DNA of 64,000 bases from an uncultured Rhodobacteraceae bacterium (GTDB taxonomy: Bacteria; Pseudomonadota; Alphaproteobacteria; Rhodobacterales; Rhodobacteraceae). The position numbers were made by a program, and so were the translations under genes. The notes under the pieces were generated by a model. It was not told the origin of the DNA. It was given only the letters and a program-made list of their open reading frames with translations, and ran no database searches. The stretch lies in NCBI GenBank assembly GCA_947495795.1, contig CANMAI010000013.1:48157-112156 (forward strand), written 5' to 3'. Below are positions 28,523 through 37,722 of the stretch, in pieces (the first letter of the stretch is position 1; every line of letters starts with the position of its first letter).

Positions 28523-30178
28523 CTATCTCGCGAATTTCTTATACTTGATCCGCTTTGGCTCCACCGCATCCGGCCCCAAGCGCCGGATCTTGTCGGCCTC
28601 GTAGTCCTCGAAATTGCCCTCGAACCATTCCACATGGGCTTCGCCTTCGAAGGCCAGGATGTGGGTGCAGAGGCGGTCGAGGAAGAAGCGGTCGTGGCTG
28701 ATGATGACGGCGCAGCCTGCGAAATCGGCGATGGCGTCTTCGAGGGCGCGGAGGGTTTCGACGTCGAGATCGTTGGTAGGTTCATCCAATAGCAATACGT
28801 TGCCGCCTGCGCGGAGCAGTTTGGCCATGTGCACGCGGTTGCGTTCGCCGCCCGAGAGGAGGCCGATTTTCTTTTGCTGGTCGCCGCCCTTGAAGTTGAA
28901 GGCGGAGACGTAGGCGCGAGAGTTGATCTCGGCGTCGCCGAGTTTGATGATATCCAGCCCGTCCGAGATTTCCTCCCAGACGTTCTTGTCTCCATCCAGC
29001 GCATCCCGGCTTTGATCCACGTAGCTCAGCTCTACCGTGTCGCCGAACTCGATTGTGCCGCCGTCGGGCTGCTCCTGCCCGGTGAGCATGCGGAAGAGGG
29101 TGGATTTGCCTGCTCCGTTGGCTCCGATGACGCCGACGATGCCGCCTGGCGGCAAGGCGAAGGTGAGGCCGTCGATGAGGAGTTTGTCTCCGTAGCCCTT
29201 TTGCAGGTTTTCGACCTCGATGACTTTGGCACCGAGGCGCGGACCGTTGGGGATGACGATCTGGGCGCGCCCGACCTTTTCGCGCTCGGATTGCTCGGCG
29301 AGGTCGTTATAGGCGTTGATGCGGGCCTTCTGCTTGGTCTGGCGGGCTTTCGCGCCTGCGCGAATCCATTCCAGTTCGCGTTCAAGGGTTTTCTGGCGGG
29401 TCTTGTCTTCGCGGGCTTCGTGGGAAAGGCGTTTGGCCTTTTGCTCCAGCCAGGCGGAATAGTTGCCCTCGTAGGGGATACCGCGGCCGCGGTCGAGTTC
29501 CAGGATCCAGCCGGTGATATCATCGAGGAAGTAGCGATCGTGCGTGACGATCAGGATGGTGCCCTTGTACTCGATCAGGTGCTTTTGCAGCCAGGCGATG
29601 GTTTCTGCATCGAGGTGGTTCGTGGGCTCGTCGAGGAGGAGCATATCTGGTGCTTCAAGCAGGAGCTTGCAGAGGGCGACGCGGCGCTTTTCGCCGCCCG
29701 AGAGGGTGGAAACCTCGGCTTCATCGGGCGGGCAGCGGAGGGCTTCCAGCGCGATGTCGATCTGGCTGTCGAGATCCCAGAGGTTCTGCGCATCGATCTG
29801 GTCCTGCAGGGCGGCCATCTCGTCGGCTGTCTCATCGGAGTAATTCATGGCGAGTTCGTTGTAACGAGCCATGAGGTCGCGTTTCTCGGCGACACCTTCC
29901 ATGACATTCTCGCGGACGTTCTTGCTCTCATCAAGCTGGGGTTCCTGCGGAAGGTAGCCGACGCGGGCACCTTCGGCGGCCCAGGCTTCGCCCGTGAACT
30001 CCGTATCCATGCCCGCCATGATGCGCATGAGGGTGGATTTGCCCGCGCCATTGACGCCGACAACGCCGATTTTCACGCCGGGGAGGAAGTTGAGGCGGAT
30101 GTTCTCAAAGCATTTCTTGCCGCCGGGATAGGTTTTGGAGACACCATCCATGAAGTAGACGAATTTGTTGTCGGCCAT
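28523..30178 (-). CDS. ettA: energy-dependent translational throttle protein EttA (ABC-F)
   Basis: Two ABC cassettes with Walker A motifs GVVGVNGAGKST and GVIGANGAGKST, signature LSGGEKRRV/LSGGERNRV, and an ABC-F arm between them. 551 aa. Confidence 0.9.
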   Translation of the reverse strand: MADNKFVYFMDGVSKTYPGGKKCFENIRLNFLPGVKIGVVGVNGAGKSTLMRIMAGMDTEFTGEAWAAEGARVGYLPQEPQLDESKNVRENVMEGVAEKRDLMARYNELAMNYSDETADEMAALQDQIDAQNLWDLDSQIDIALEALRCPPDEAEVSTLSGGEKRRVALCKLLLEAPDMLLLDEPTNHLDAETIAWLQKHLIEYKGTILIVTHDRYFLDDITGWILELDRGRGIPYEGNYSAWLEQKAKRLSHEAREDKTRQKTLERELEWIRAGAKARQTKQKARINAYNDLAEQSEREKVGRAQIVIPNGPRLGAKVIEVENLQKGYGDKLLIDGLTFALPPGGIVGVIGANGAGKSTLFRMLTGQEQPDGGTIEFGDTVELSYVDQSRDALDGDKNVWEEISDGLDIIKLGDAEINSRAYVSAFNFKGGDQQKKIGLLSGGERNRVHMAKLLRAGGNVLLLDEPTNDLDVETLRALEDAIADFAGCAVIISHDRFFLDRLCTHILAFEGEAHVEWFEGNFEDYEADKIRRLGPDAVEPKRIKYKKFAR

Positions 30179-30248
30179 TGCATCCTCCTGCGTGCGTTGG
30201 GGGAGATGTAGCGATAGGTTGCGGAGGGTGCAATCGGGCGTGTGGGAA

Positions 30249-30719
30249 ATGGAACGGTTATCGGAATTGATTGCGCGGGTGGCGCAGCCGGGGCGGGTGG
30301 ACTGGCTTGGAGTACGGCCTGTGCGTAAGGGAGCGGTACGGGTTGTGGAGGCTGCGGAGTTGGGGCTTCGTGGGCTTGAGGGGGATCACGGCACGAGTGA
30401 GAAGCGGGCGCTGACTTTGGTGCAGGCGGAACATCTGGCGGTGATCGGGGCTTATCTTGGGTGCGGGCCGGTGGCAGCGGAGGATTTGCGGCGGAATGTT
30501 GTGGTTTCCGGGATCAATCTGCTGAGCCTGCGGGGGCGCGTTGTGGAGATTGGTGGGGCTGTTGTTGAGGTGACGGGGCCGTGTGCGCCGTGCAGCCGGA
30601 TGGAGGCCGCCTTCGGGCATGGGGGCTATGCGGCTGTGCGCGGGCATGGGGGTGTGACGGCGCGCGTGTTGGAGGTGGGGCGGATTGCCTTGGGGGATGT
30701 GGTGCGGCCCAGAGACTAG
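30249..30719 (+). CDS. MOSC domain-containing protein
   Basis: Conserved Cys in GPCAPCSRM is typical of the MOSC beta-barrel. Start chosen at internal Met MERLSELIARV of the track ORF 30165-30719. Confidence 0.55.
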   Translation: MERLSELIARVAQPGRVDWLGVRPVRKGAVRVVEAAELGLRGLEGDHGTSEKRALTLVQAEHLAVIGAYLGCGPVAAEDLRRNVVVSGINLLSLRGRVVEIGGAVVEVTGPCAPCSRMEAAFGHGGYAAVRGHGGVTARVLEVGRIALGDVVRPRD

Positions 30720-30900
30720 TGTTGCGAGCTTGCTACATGTTGCGCTGTCTTGAAATATAGTTTCGCATCGAATCGAGTGGTTGCCGTAGAGGAAGGCTCC
30801 CGTCCTGACGGACCGGACCCTTGCGGTTGGAGATGCATCTCCGCCGGTGCGGGAGGCTCTGCCGAACCGTATGCCAGGGCCGAGATGAAACGGCGGGATT

Positions 30901-30973
30901 GGGTTTGTAGCTCAGTCTGGTAGAGCGCCGGGGTTTCCCGGAGGACGCAGGTTCGAATCCTGTCTGACCACCC
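30901..30973 (+). tRNA. tRNA-like element 1 (canonical D- and T-arms; anticodon arm and acceptor stem do not fold canonically)
   Basis: GGGTTTGTAGCTCAGTCTGGTAGAGCG (D-arm) ... GCAGGTTCGAATCCTGT (T-arm). The ccggg/cccgg anticodon stem encloses only a 4-nt loop (gttt). The 5' gggtttg does not pair with the 3' ctgacca. Confidence 0.4.
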
Positions 30974-31050
30974 TTGATGTAGCTCATCCTGGTAGAGCAA
31001 CGGACCATTAATCCGTGTGTAGTGGGTTCGATTCCCATCATCACTCGCCA
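30973..31050 (+). tRNA. tRNA-like element 2 (Asn-like scaffold; anticodon loop CCATTAA; 2 terminal acceptor mismatches)
   Basis: cttgatg ta GCTCATCCTGGTAGAGC a acgga CCATTAA tccgt gtgta GTGGGTTCGATTCCCAT catcact c GCCA. Acceptor pairs 5 of 7. Anticodon would be ATT with C33. Confidence 0.4.
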
Positions 31051-31429
31051 AATAGGCACCAGTTTTAGGTACTGGCTACATGTGACTAAAGGGCTTCGGG
31101 GCTGGCGTGCAGGCTGGCCCGGACGGGTGTGCCTTCGGGTGCATTTGAAAGGCTCGGCTTGCCCGGCATGTGCGCCGGTGAGGACTGATGGTTGCGGCCC
31201 CGGCGGGCCTGGCTTTGGGGCTTTTGCTTCGAGGCTCCGCTCGGTGGGCAAGGCTTCGGGGTGCTCCCTTCGGCTTTGCCTGTGGGTCCAACGCCCTCTC
31301 GTCTTTTGCCCGTGTGTGTGGCGGCTTCGCCGGCTCCGAAGTCTGCATTTCAATTCCGGTTGTAAGCCGGATTATCCGGGGGTGATTGTGCCCCAAAAAA
31401 CTAGCCGGATCGCCGGCGGAAAGGAGGAC

Positions 31430-32569
31430 GAGATGGAAAATCTTGTGAAAATGCTTCTCGGGTTTGAGAAGGTGATTGTGATGGAGAACACGCGCGCCGT
31501 TGTTTTGGAAAATGGCCAAGTGTCGCGCATCCTGAAGCCGGGCCTGTACTGGCTGCGCCGGAAAGATACGGATGTGGAGAGCCACAGCCTGAGCCGTGCG
31601 GAGTTTGTCTCGTCCTATGAGCGGGCGCTTGTGATGGAAAGGCCGGATCTGGCGACTGACCATCTGACCTTGATCGAGACCGGAGAGGATGAGGTGGCCG
31701 TGGTGCTGCGGGACGGGCGCATTCATGATGTGATGGGGCCGCAGATGCGAGCCGTGCTCTGGACCGATGCAGGGGCGTGGACTGTGGAGCGTATCGATGT
31801 AAGCGAGACGCTTGACGTTGATGCGCGTATGGCCACGCGATTGGCGCGGGCCGGGCAGACGGCGCGGGTTGCCACTTTTGAGGTGCCGGAGGCCCATGTT
31901 GGGTTGATGAGCCTTGAAGGGGCCTTCGACCGTGTGCTTGAGGCCGGGACGCATCGCTTTTGGGCCGTGGCGCGGAAGATCGACGTGAAGCTCGTCGATC
32001 TCAGGCGTCGGGTGCATGACGTTGTGGGGCAGGAGATCCTGACCAAGGATCGGGTGACGATCCGGGTGAACCTTGCGGCCGATTTCCGCGTGGCGGATCC
32101 GGTGAAAGCCGTAACGATGGTGAAGGATTTCGAGGAAGCCTTGCACCGGGCCTTGCAGTTTGCCTTCCGCAAAACGCTTGGAGCGCTGACGCTGGATGCG
32201 CTTTTGGCGGAGAAAGTGAGCGTGGATGCCGAGGCTGCCGCACTTGTGCGCAGCCAGATGGCGGAGATCGGGCTCGAGGTTGGTGAGATCGCCTTGAAAG
32301 ACGTGATCCTGCCGGGTGAGATGCGCGACATCCTGAACAAGGTTGTGGCTGCCCAGAAAGAGGCCGAGGCCAATGTGATCCGGCGCCGGGAAGAGACGAA
32401 CGCGACGCGCTCGTTGCTCAACACGGCGAAGGTGATGGCCGAGAACCCGGTGATGCTGCGCCTGAAGGAGCTTGAGGCTCTGGAAGGGATCGCCGCGAAA
32501 GTGGATACGCTGACAATCCACAACGGGACGGACGGGTTGATGAAAGACCTTGTGCGTTTGCGCGACTGA
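31430..32569 (+). CDS. SPFH/band-7 domain protein
   Basis: ATG 31430 preceded by a perfect SD (GGAAAGGAGGACGAG). Product carries SPFH-like features (MENLVKMLLGFEKVIVMENTRAVVLENGQV...), with coiled-coil and Ala/Glu-rich regions. The track ORF 31022-32569 reads through the upstream tRNA-like and spacer region and is rejected as the start. Confidence 0.65.
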   Translation, partial: EMENLVKMLLGFEKVIVMENTRAVVLENGQVSRILKPGLYWLRRKDTDVESHSLSRAEFVSSYERALVMERPDLATDHLTLIETGEDEVAVVLRDGRIHDVMGPQMRAVLWTDAGAWTVERIDVSETLDVDARMATRLARAGQTARVATFEVPEAHVGLMSLEGAFDRVLEAGTHRFWAVARKIDVKLVDLRRRVHDVVGQEILTKDRVTIRVNLAADFRVADPVKAVTMVKDFEEALHRALQFAFRKTLGALTLDALLAEKVSVDAEAAALVRSQMAEIGLEVGEIALKDVILPGEMRDILNKVVAAQKEAEANVIRRREETNATRSLLNTAKVMAENPVMLRLKELEALEGIAAKVDTLTIHNGTDGLMKDLVRLRD

Positions 32570-32717
32570 AGAGACCGCCCGGAGCAATTCGGGCGGTTTT
32601 CTCTTTGGCGGGCCTGGAATGCGCAGGGCTTTGCCGCTGGATCGCACTCCTCCCATTCTGTCTTTGCGAATACGGTAGGGGGCGCTACGTCTAACGTATA
32701 CATCCAACCGGATTCGC

Positions 32718-34916
32718 ATGGAGACCCTCATGAACGGTGATGGCGCAGATTTCGCAGCGGGGGCTTTGAGCACCTCTGGCAACCAGATTATCGATGCCGA
32801 AGGCAATGCGGTGGAGATCCGCGCGGTGAACTGGTTCGGGCTGGAAACAGATATCATGACGCCGCATGGGCTGTGGGCGCGGAACTGGCAGGACATGATG
32901 GACGAGATGGTGGAGGTGGGGTTCAACACCATCCGCCTTCCGTTCAGCCATGAAGCGATCGATGCGGCCACCCGCCCGGGCAACGGGATTGATTTCGGGC
33001 AGAACGCTGACCTGCAGGGGCTTTCGGCGCTGGAGATCATGGACAGTGTGATCGACTATGCCGATGAGATCGGGCTGCGGGTGATCCTTGACCATCACCG
33101 GAGTGATGCTGGTGCGGGGCCGAACGGGAACGGGCTCTGGTACACGGACGGGTATTCCGAGGCGGACTGGATCGAGATGTGGGAAGCATTGGCCGCACGC
33201 TACGGCGACAGCCCCGCCGTGATCGGCGCGGATCTGCATAATGAGCCGCATTCCGGCCAGTGGGGCGGTGGTGGCACGAACGATTGGGCGCGGGCGGCGG
33301 AGGCTGCTGGCAATGCCGTTCTGGATGTGGCGCCGGACTGGCTGATCCTCGTGGAGGGGGTGAGCAACTATGAGGGTGCCAACTACTGGTGGGGCGGGCA
33401 ATTGGCCGGGGTGCGAGACCGACCCATCACGCTGGATGTGCCGGGACGGCTGGTTTACTCGCCCCATGATTATCCGGCCTCCGTATTCGATCAGCCGTGG
33501 TTCAATGATGGTTCCAACCTCTTTGATGTATTCCGGGAGGCCTGGGGATTTATCTACGAGGAGGGGATTGCGCCCATTTTGCTCGGTGAGTTCGGATCCC
33601 GTTTGGAGACGGCGGCGGACAGAGCCTGGGCGGAGGCGATTACAGCGTATCTGGAGGGCGATTTCGACGGTGACGGTATCGTGGATATCCCCGATGGCGA
33701 TGGTGGCATGAGCTTTGCATGGTGGTCTTGGAACCCCAATTCCGGTGATACGGGCGGGATCCTGAACGACGACTGGACGACCTTTCGCCAGAATGCGGTG
33801 GAGCTGCTGGAGCCTTTGCTGGAAGGGCCTGATGTGGTGGCGCCGATGATCATGATCACTGGCAACACGGCAACCGGTGTGGCCGTTGGAGCCGATGGCG
33901 AGGTTTGGGCGACGCTTGAGAGCCAGACGGTGAGCAATGATGATGTGGCGTTTGATTTCGGGGAATTTAACGACAGCAGCTATTCGCTTGCGGGTACGGC
34001 AGAGGCAACGGCGGGCATTGGGGTGCGGTTCGGGCCGGAGAGTGCGAATAACCGGTTGGTGATTGCGACCACCGGCGAGGCATTGGGCACCGTTGCCGGT
34101 GTGACCATTGGCGGGCGGAACAATGTGGTGGAGACGGCCGGTGATATTTCAGGCGGTGATGCTGGTGTGGCTTTCACCGGTGCGACGGGGCGGAATATTC
34201 TGATCAACACAGGTACGATCTCTGAAACCGGAGCTGGCAATATTGCAGTGCTTGGCAGTTGGCAGCGCGATCTGGTGGAGAATGGCGGCGCTGTTGCAGG
34301 AGATGTGCGCCTTGGAGCCGGGAACGATACGTATCGTGGGCAGGACGGTACGGTTTCCGGCATTGTCTTCGGTGGCAACGGGAATGACGGGTTGCTGGGC
34401 GGAGCCCTTGGAGAAATGCTGAACGGCGGCAACGGAGATGACCGATTGGCAGGTTTCGGCGGAGATGATGTGCTTCGCGGCGCAGGTGGTGCCGATGTGG
34501 TTCTGGGCGGCGAAGGGAATGATCGTCTTTTCGGTGGGGATGGCAATGACAAGCTTAAGGGCGGTTTCGGTGACGACGTCCTTTTCGGCGGTGCAGGCGA
34601 TGATACCATGCGCGGAAGCAGCGGCGATGATCTGCTGGATGGTGGCGAAGGCTCGGATACGCTTTTCGGGAACGGAGGGGCGGATACTTTCCGGTTTCGC
34701 GCGGACTCGGGCAGCGATGTGATCGAAGGGTTTCAAAACAATCTGGACCGGATTGATCTGCGCCTGCTGGGGGTGGCGGATGCGGCTGCGCTGGAGGCGG
34801 CAATCGGTGTTTCGGGCGCGGATGCGGTGATTGATCTTACAGCGTTCGGTGGGGATGGGATGCTGACGGTTGCGGATAAGGCGGGCGCGTTGGATGCGGG
34901 TGATTTTCTGTTCTGA
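32718..34916 (+). CDS. glycoside hydrolase family 5 (cellulase-like) enzyme with C-terminal RTX calcium-binding repeats (T1SS substrate)
   Basis: GH5 catalytic region (IGADLHNEPH ... ILLGEFGS with the two catalytic Glu). Tandem GGxGxDxL nonapeptides (GGNGNDGLLGG, GGNGDDRLAGFGGDDVLRGAGGADVVLGGEGNDRLFGGDGNDKLKGG...). No N-terminal signal peptide, consistent with type-I secretion. Confidence 0.75.
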   Translation: METLMNGDGADFAAGALSTSGNQIIDAEGNAVEIRAVNWFGLETDIMTPHGLWARNWQDMMDEMVEVGFNTIRLPFSHEAIDAATRPGNGIDFGQNADLQGLSALEIMDSVIDYADEIGLRVILDHHRSDAGAGPNGNGLWYTDGYSEADWIEMWEALAARYGDSPAVIGADLHNEPHSGQWGGGGTNDWARAAEAAGNAVLDVAPDWLILVEGVSNYEGANYWWGGQLAGVRDRPITLDVPGRLVYSPHDYPASVFDQPWFNDGSNLFDVFREAWGFIYEEGIAPILLGEFGSRLETAADRAWAEAITAYLEGDFDGDGIVDIPDGDGGMSFAWWSWNPNSGDTGGILNDDWTTFRQNAVELLEPLLEGPDVVAPMIMITGNTATGVAVGADGEVWATLESQTVSNDDVAFDFGEFNDSSYSLAGTAEATAGIGVRFGPESANNRLVIATTGEALGTVAGVTIGGRNNVVETAGDISGGDAGVAFTGATGRNILINTGTISETGAGNIAVLGSWQRDLVENGGAVAGDVRLGAGNDTYRGQDGTVSGIVFGGNGNDGLLGGALGEMLNGGNGDDRLAGFGGDDVLRGAGGADVVLGGEGNDRLFGGDGNDKLKGGFGDDVLFGGAGDDTMRGSSGDDLLDGGEGSDTLFGNGGADTFRFRADSGSDVIEGFQNNLDRIDLRLLGVADAAALEAAIGVSGADAVIDLTAFGGDGMLTVADKAGALDAGDFLF

Positions 34917-34955
34917 CGTCGGCTGAGAAACGCTGAGCTTGGAGGCGCGGCAGGT

Positions 34956-36830
34956 TCAGCCGCGTTTCTTGTATCGTAGCTCGAAAACGCTGCGGTCAAA
35001 CGCGGGTTCATGCCCGTTTTCAATCCAATCCAGGGCTTCTTGCATGCTCATCGGATTGGCTATGCCGTGCCCCTGGAAGACACTGACCCCCATTTCTCTG
35101 AGTACGCTGGCCTGCTCTGCCGTCTCCACGCCTTCGGCCACGACCTTGCGGCCAAGCAGCAGGCAGAGATCGACAATCGCCTCAGAGATCGTGCGCTCGG
35201 CCTTGTTTTCCAGAAGATCGGCGATGAGAGACTTGTCTATTTTCACGAAATCGAGTTTCAACCGGGCGAGGTGGGCGAGGCCCGCATATCCAGTGCCAAA
35301 ATCATCCAGAGCGATTGCTATGCCCGCGTCACTCAGTGCAGCGATTGTGAGCGCGGCACCTTCATCGCCCTGATCGATGATGGTGGATTCAAGCACCTCC
35401 ACCACGATGGATTCCGGGGCGATGTTGCGCGCATCCAGCTCCCATTTCAGGTGATCCACAAAGTCGGGGCGTGCGAGTGTTGTGGGTGATATGTTGATCC
35501 CGACCGTCAGGCCGGTTTTTCCGAGACTATGAAGAGTGACAACCGCATCAAGTGACTTGCGGATCGCGATCTCATCCAGCGCGCCCATCATGTCATGTTC
35601 TTCGGCCATATCGAAGAACGCTGCTGGCGGCAGAAGCCCGCGGGACGGATGCTGCCACCGGATCAGGGATTCTAAGCCGCACGGCTCAAGCGTGGTTGCA
35701 TCGACGATTGGCTGGAACTCCATCTCGAAGGCCTCTTCGTGAAGCGATGTTTTCAGTGCGATCCCTTCGTGCTTGCGTTCCAGCGTGCGGGCCTTGAACT
35801 GCTCGTCAAAGCAGACGATCTGGCCACGACCGTCTTCCTTAGCGGCGTAAAGAGCCATATCGGCCTGACGCAGCAACTCATCAATGTCGTTTTGCCCGTC
35901 CTCGGATAACACCACGCCAATACTCGTACCGAAACTGATCTCGTGCCCCTCCCACAGCAGTGGCTGGCGTGTTTCATGCAGGATTTGCGTGCCGATCTGC
36001 TTAAGATCGGAAAAGCCGCGCACGCCAGGGCAGATGATGATGAACTCATCCCCGCCGATCCGGCAGACGAGATCATCCACTGAGACGGCGTTGGACATGA
36101 TTGTGGAGGCATGAACCAGCACGGCATCCCCTGCGGCATGGCCGATTTCATCATTGATCTGTTTGAAACGGTCGAGATCCAGAGCGATCAGGCCCACACG
36201 CCCGCCTTCAATTTGCGAGACGCGCAGCGCCTCCTCAAGGAAGCTGCTGAGCTTTACACGGTTGGCCACATTGGTGAGGCTGTCGCGCTCCGTCTCTGCG
36301 GTCAACTGGCGTTCCGCAATGCGCAGCGACTCTTCCCGCTGGACCTGCTTGGAGACATCCCGGCAGACGAGAACCACTTTGGCGGGCAGCCCTTCTGAAA
36401 CTTCTGCAAGAGCTAGATTCATCTGGTTCCAGAATTCCGTGCCATCCTTGCGGCGGTTGCGCATGATCTGAAGATTGTTGAACTCCTCGCTTTCGGGATC
36501 GTAGCGGAAGGCTGCAATCTGATCCGGGCTTGGTGTCTTGTTCGCCGGAAACAGGAAACTCTGAGGTTTCTTGCCCTGAAGTTCATCGAGATGATAGCCG
36601 GTGATCTTGGTGTAGGCCGGGTTCATCCACTCCACATGGCCCTCAAGATCCTGAATGAGGATCCCGTCGCTCGCATATTTTGCGGCAACCTGAAGCGCAT
36701 CACGTGGATTGATTGTGATGGCGCGCCGCGCCCTGATGCGGCGCAGCACCTTGTAAACAAGGCGCGTGCAGAAAACACCGAGCAGAAAGCCAGCACAGAC
36801 GAGTGCCGCAATTGCCGCGAGTGTTTCCAT
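34956..36830 (-). CDS. membrane-anchored PAS-GGDEF-EAL c-di-GMP signalling protein
   Basis: GGDEF motif (RIGGDEFIIICP), EAL-domain motifs (ESLIRWQHP, DDFGTGYAGLAHL, KIDKSLI), and a PAS segment. Start at METLAAIAALVCAGFLLG (ATG 36830). Track ORF extends to 37022. Confidence 0.8.
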   Translation of the reverse strand: METLAAIAALVCAGFLLGVFCTRLVYKVLRRIRARRAITINPRDALQVAAKYASDGILIQDLEGHVEWMNPAYTKITGYHLDELQGKKPQSFLFPANKTPSPDQIAAFRYDPESEEFNNLQIMRNRRKDGTEFWNQMNLALAEVSEGLPAKVVLVCRDVSKQVQREESLRIAERQLTAETERDSLTNVANRVKLSSFLEEALRVSQIEGGRVGLIALDLDRFKQINDEIGHAAGDAVLVHASTIMSNAVSVDDLVCRIGGDEFIIICPGVRGFSDLKQIGTQILHETRQPLLWEGHEISFGTSIGVVLSEDGQNDIDELLRQADMALYAAKEDGRGQIVCFDEQFKARTLERKHEGIALKTSLHEEAFEMEFQPIVDATTLEPCGLESLIRWQHPSRGLLPPAAFFDMAEEHDMMGALDEIAIRKSLDAVVTLHSLGKTGLTVGINISPTTLARPDFVDHLKWELDARNIAPESIVVEVLESTIIDQGDEGAALTIAALSDAGIAIALDDFGTGYAGLAHLARLKLDFVKIDKSLIADLLENKAERTISEAIVDLCLLLGRKVVAEGVETAEQASVLREMGVSVFQGHGIANPMSMQEALDWIENGHEPAFDRSVFELRYKKRG

Positions 36831-37000
36831 TTTTGTGCCCCTTTTTCTGCTGGGTGAGAGGTAGCCCACAACCTGAAAGGATGTATTAAGTTCCCTCCAT
36901 CTTGTCCCAGTTGGTTCACGGGAGGTGAAAGATTGACAAATGCCGCCCCGCCGGAGACAAGCTGGATGCGGGGCTATGCGCCTCGAAACGGGCCAGGTGA

Positions 37001-37606
37001 TTGATCTTGCAGGGTTTCCCATATGCGCCGCCGGGGCTGAAAATCGGACTTCTGGGAGGATCGTTTGATCCGCCGCATCGCGGACATCTGCTGATCACGC
37101 GGCGTGCACTGCGTCGCTTTGGGCTTGATCAGGTTTGGTGGCTTGTTTCTCTCGGCAATCCGCTGAAGCCGGAGCCGCCCGCTGCACTGGAGCGGCGAAT
37201 GGTGGCAGCACGGAATCTGGTGCGCCATCCACGGGTAAAGGTGACCGCGCTGGAGGTACGGCTTCGCACACGGTTTACGGCAGAGACGCTGGCGCGTCTG
37301 CGGCTGGTTTACCCGGGCGTGCATTTTGTGTGGTTGATGGGGGCCGATAATCTGGCCGGGTTCCACCGCTGGGATCGTTGGCAGACGATACTGGAAACGG
37401 TGCCTGTTGGCGTGCTTTCGCGGCCGGGCGAGCAATTGCATGCCGCCCTTTCGCCTGCTGCTCGGCTGTATGCAAATGCGCGGCTGCCCGCCGGGGCGGG
37501 GCGGCTTTTGCCTTTGCGCGCAGCGCCCGCATGGTGCCTGATGACGGGGCCGATGCTGGAGCAATCTTCCTCCGCCATTCGGGCCGCTGGCAGCTGGCAG
37601 CGGTAG
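37001..37606 (+). CDS. nadD: nicotinate-nucleotide adenylyltransferase
   Basis: [16 protein letters not shown] contains the (H/T)xGH nucleotidyltransferase motif. 201 aa. Confidence 0.8.
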   Translation: MILQGFPYAPPGLKIGLLGGSFDPPHRGHLLITRRALRRFGLDQVWWLVSLGNPLKPEPPAALERRMVAARNLVRHPRVKVTALEVRLRTRFTAETLARLRLVYPGVHFVWLMGADNLAGFHRWDRWQTILETVPVGVLSRPGEQLHAALSPAARLYANARLPAGAGRLLPLRAAPAWCLMTGPMLEQSSSAIRAAGSWQR

Positions 37607-37722
37607 TGTTGCTGTGATTCATCTGCACCCGCTGATCACATTTTCCGTTTCTTAACTCCGCTTTGCCTAAAAAAGAGCGTATACTTGATCCAAAATCAAA
37701 GTGACCGCGCGAGCAGGCGGGC

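Noticed and set aside
28829-30211. 460-aa plus ORF antisense to ettA
   Set aside because: ettA (two ABC cassettes) is unambiguous on the minus strand.
30733-31353. 206-aa minus ORF across the tRNA-like pair
   Set aside because: Contains the GIEPTT/GFEP peptides that are the stereotypical antisense translation of T-arms. Artefact.
31022-31429. N-terminal extension of the SPFH ORF reading through the tRNA-like elements and GC-rich spacer
   Set aside because: Translation is Gly/Arg/Cys/Pro low-complexity. A perfect Shine-Dalgarno and ATG exist at 31415-31432. The extension would overlap a tRNA-like element.
31051-31429. Two-piece (permuted) tmRNA hypothesis for the structured spacer after the tRNA-like pair
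   Set aside because: No tag-peptide reading frame (no ANDN...AA-stop) and no resume-codon context found. The T-arm-like sequences belong to the tRNA-like elements with D-arms, which tmRNA lacks.
31076-33040. 654-aa minus-strand ORF antisense to the SPFH and GH5 genes
   Set aside because: R/P/H-rich composition with no motifs. Opposite strand carries convincing SPFH and GH5-RTX proteins.
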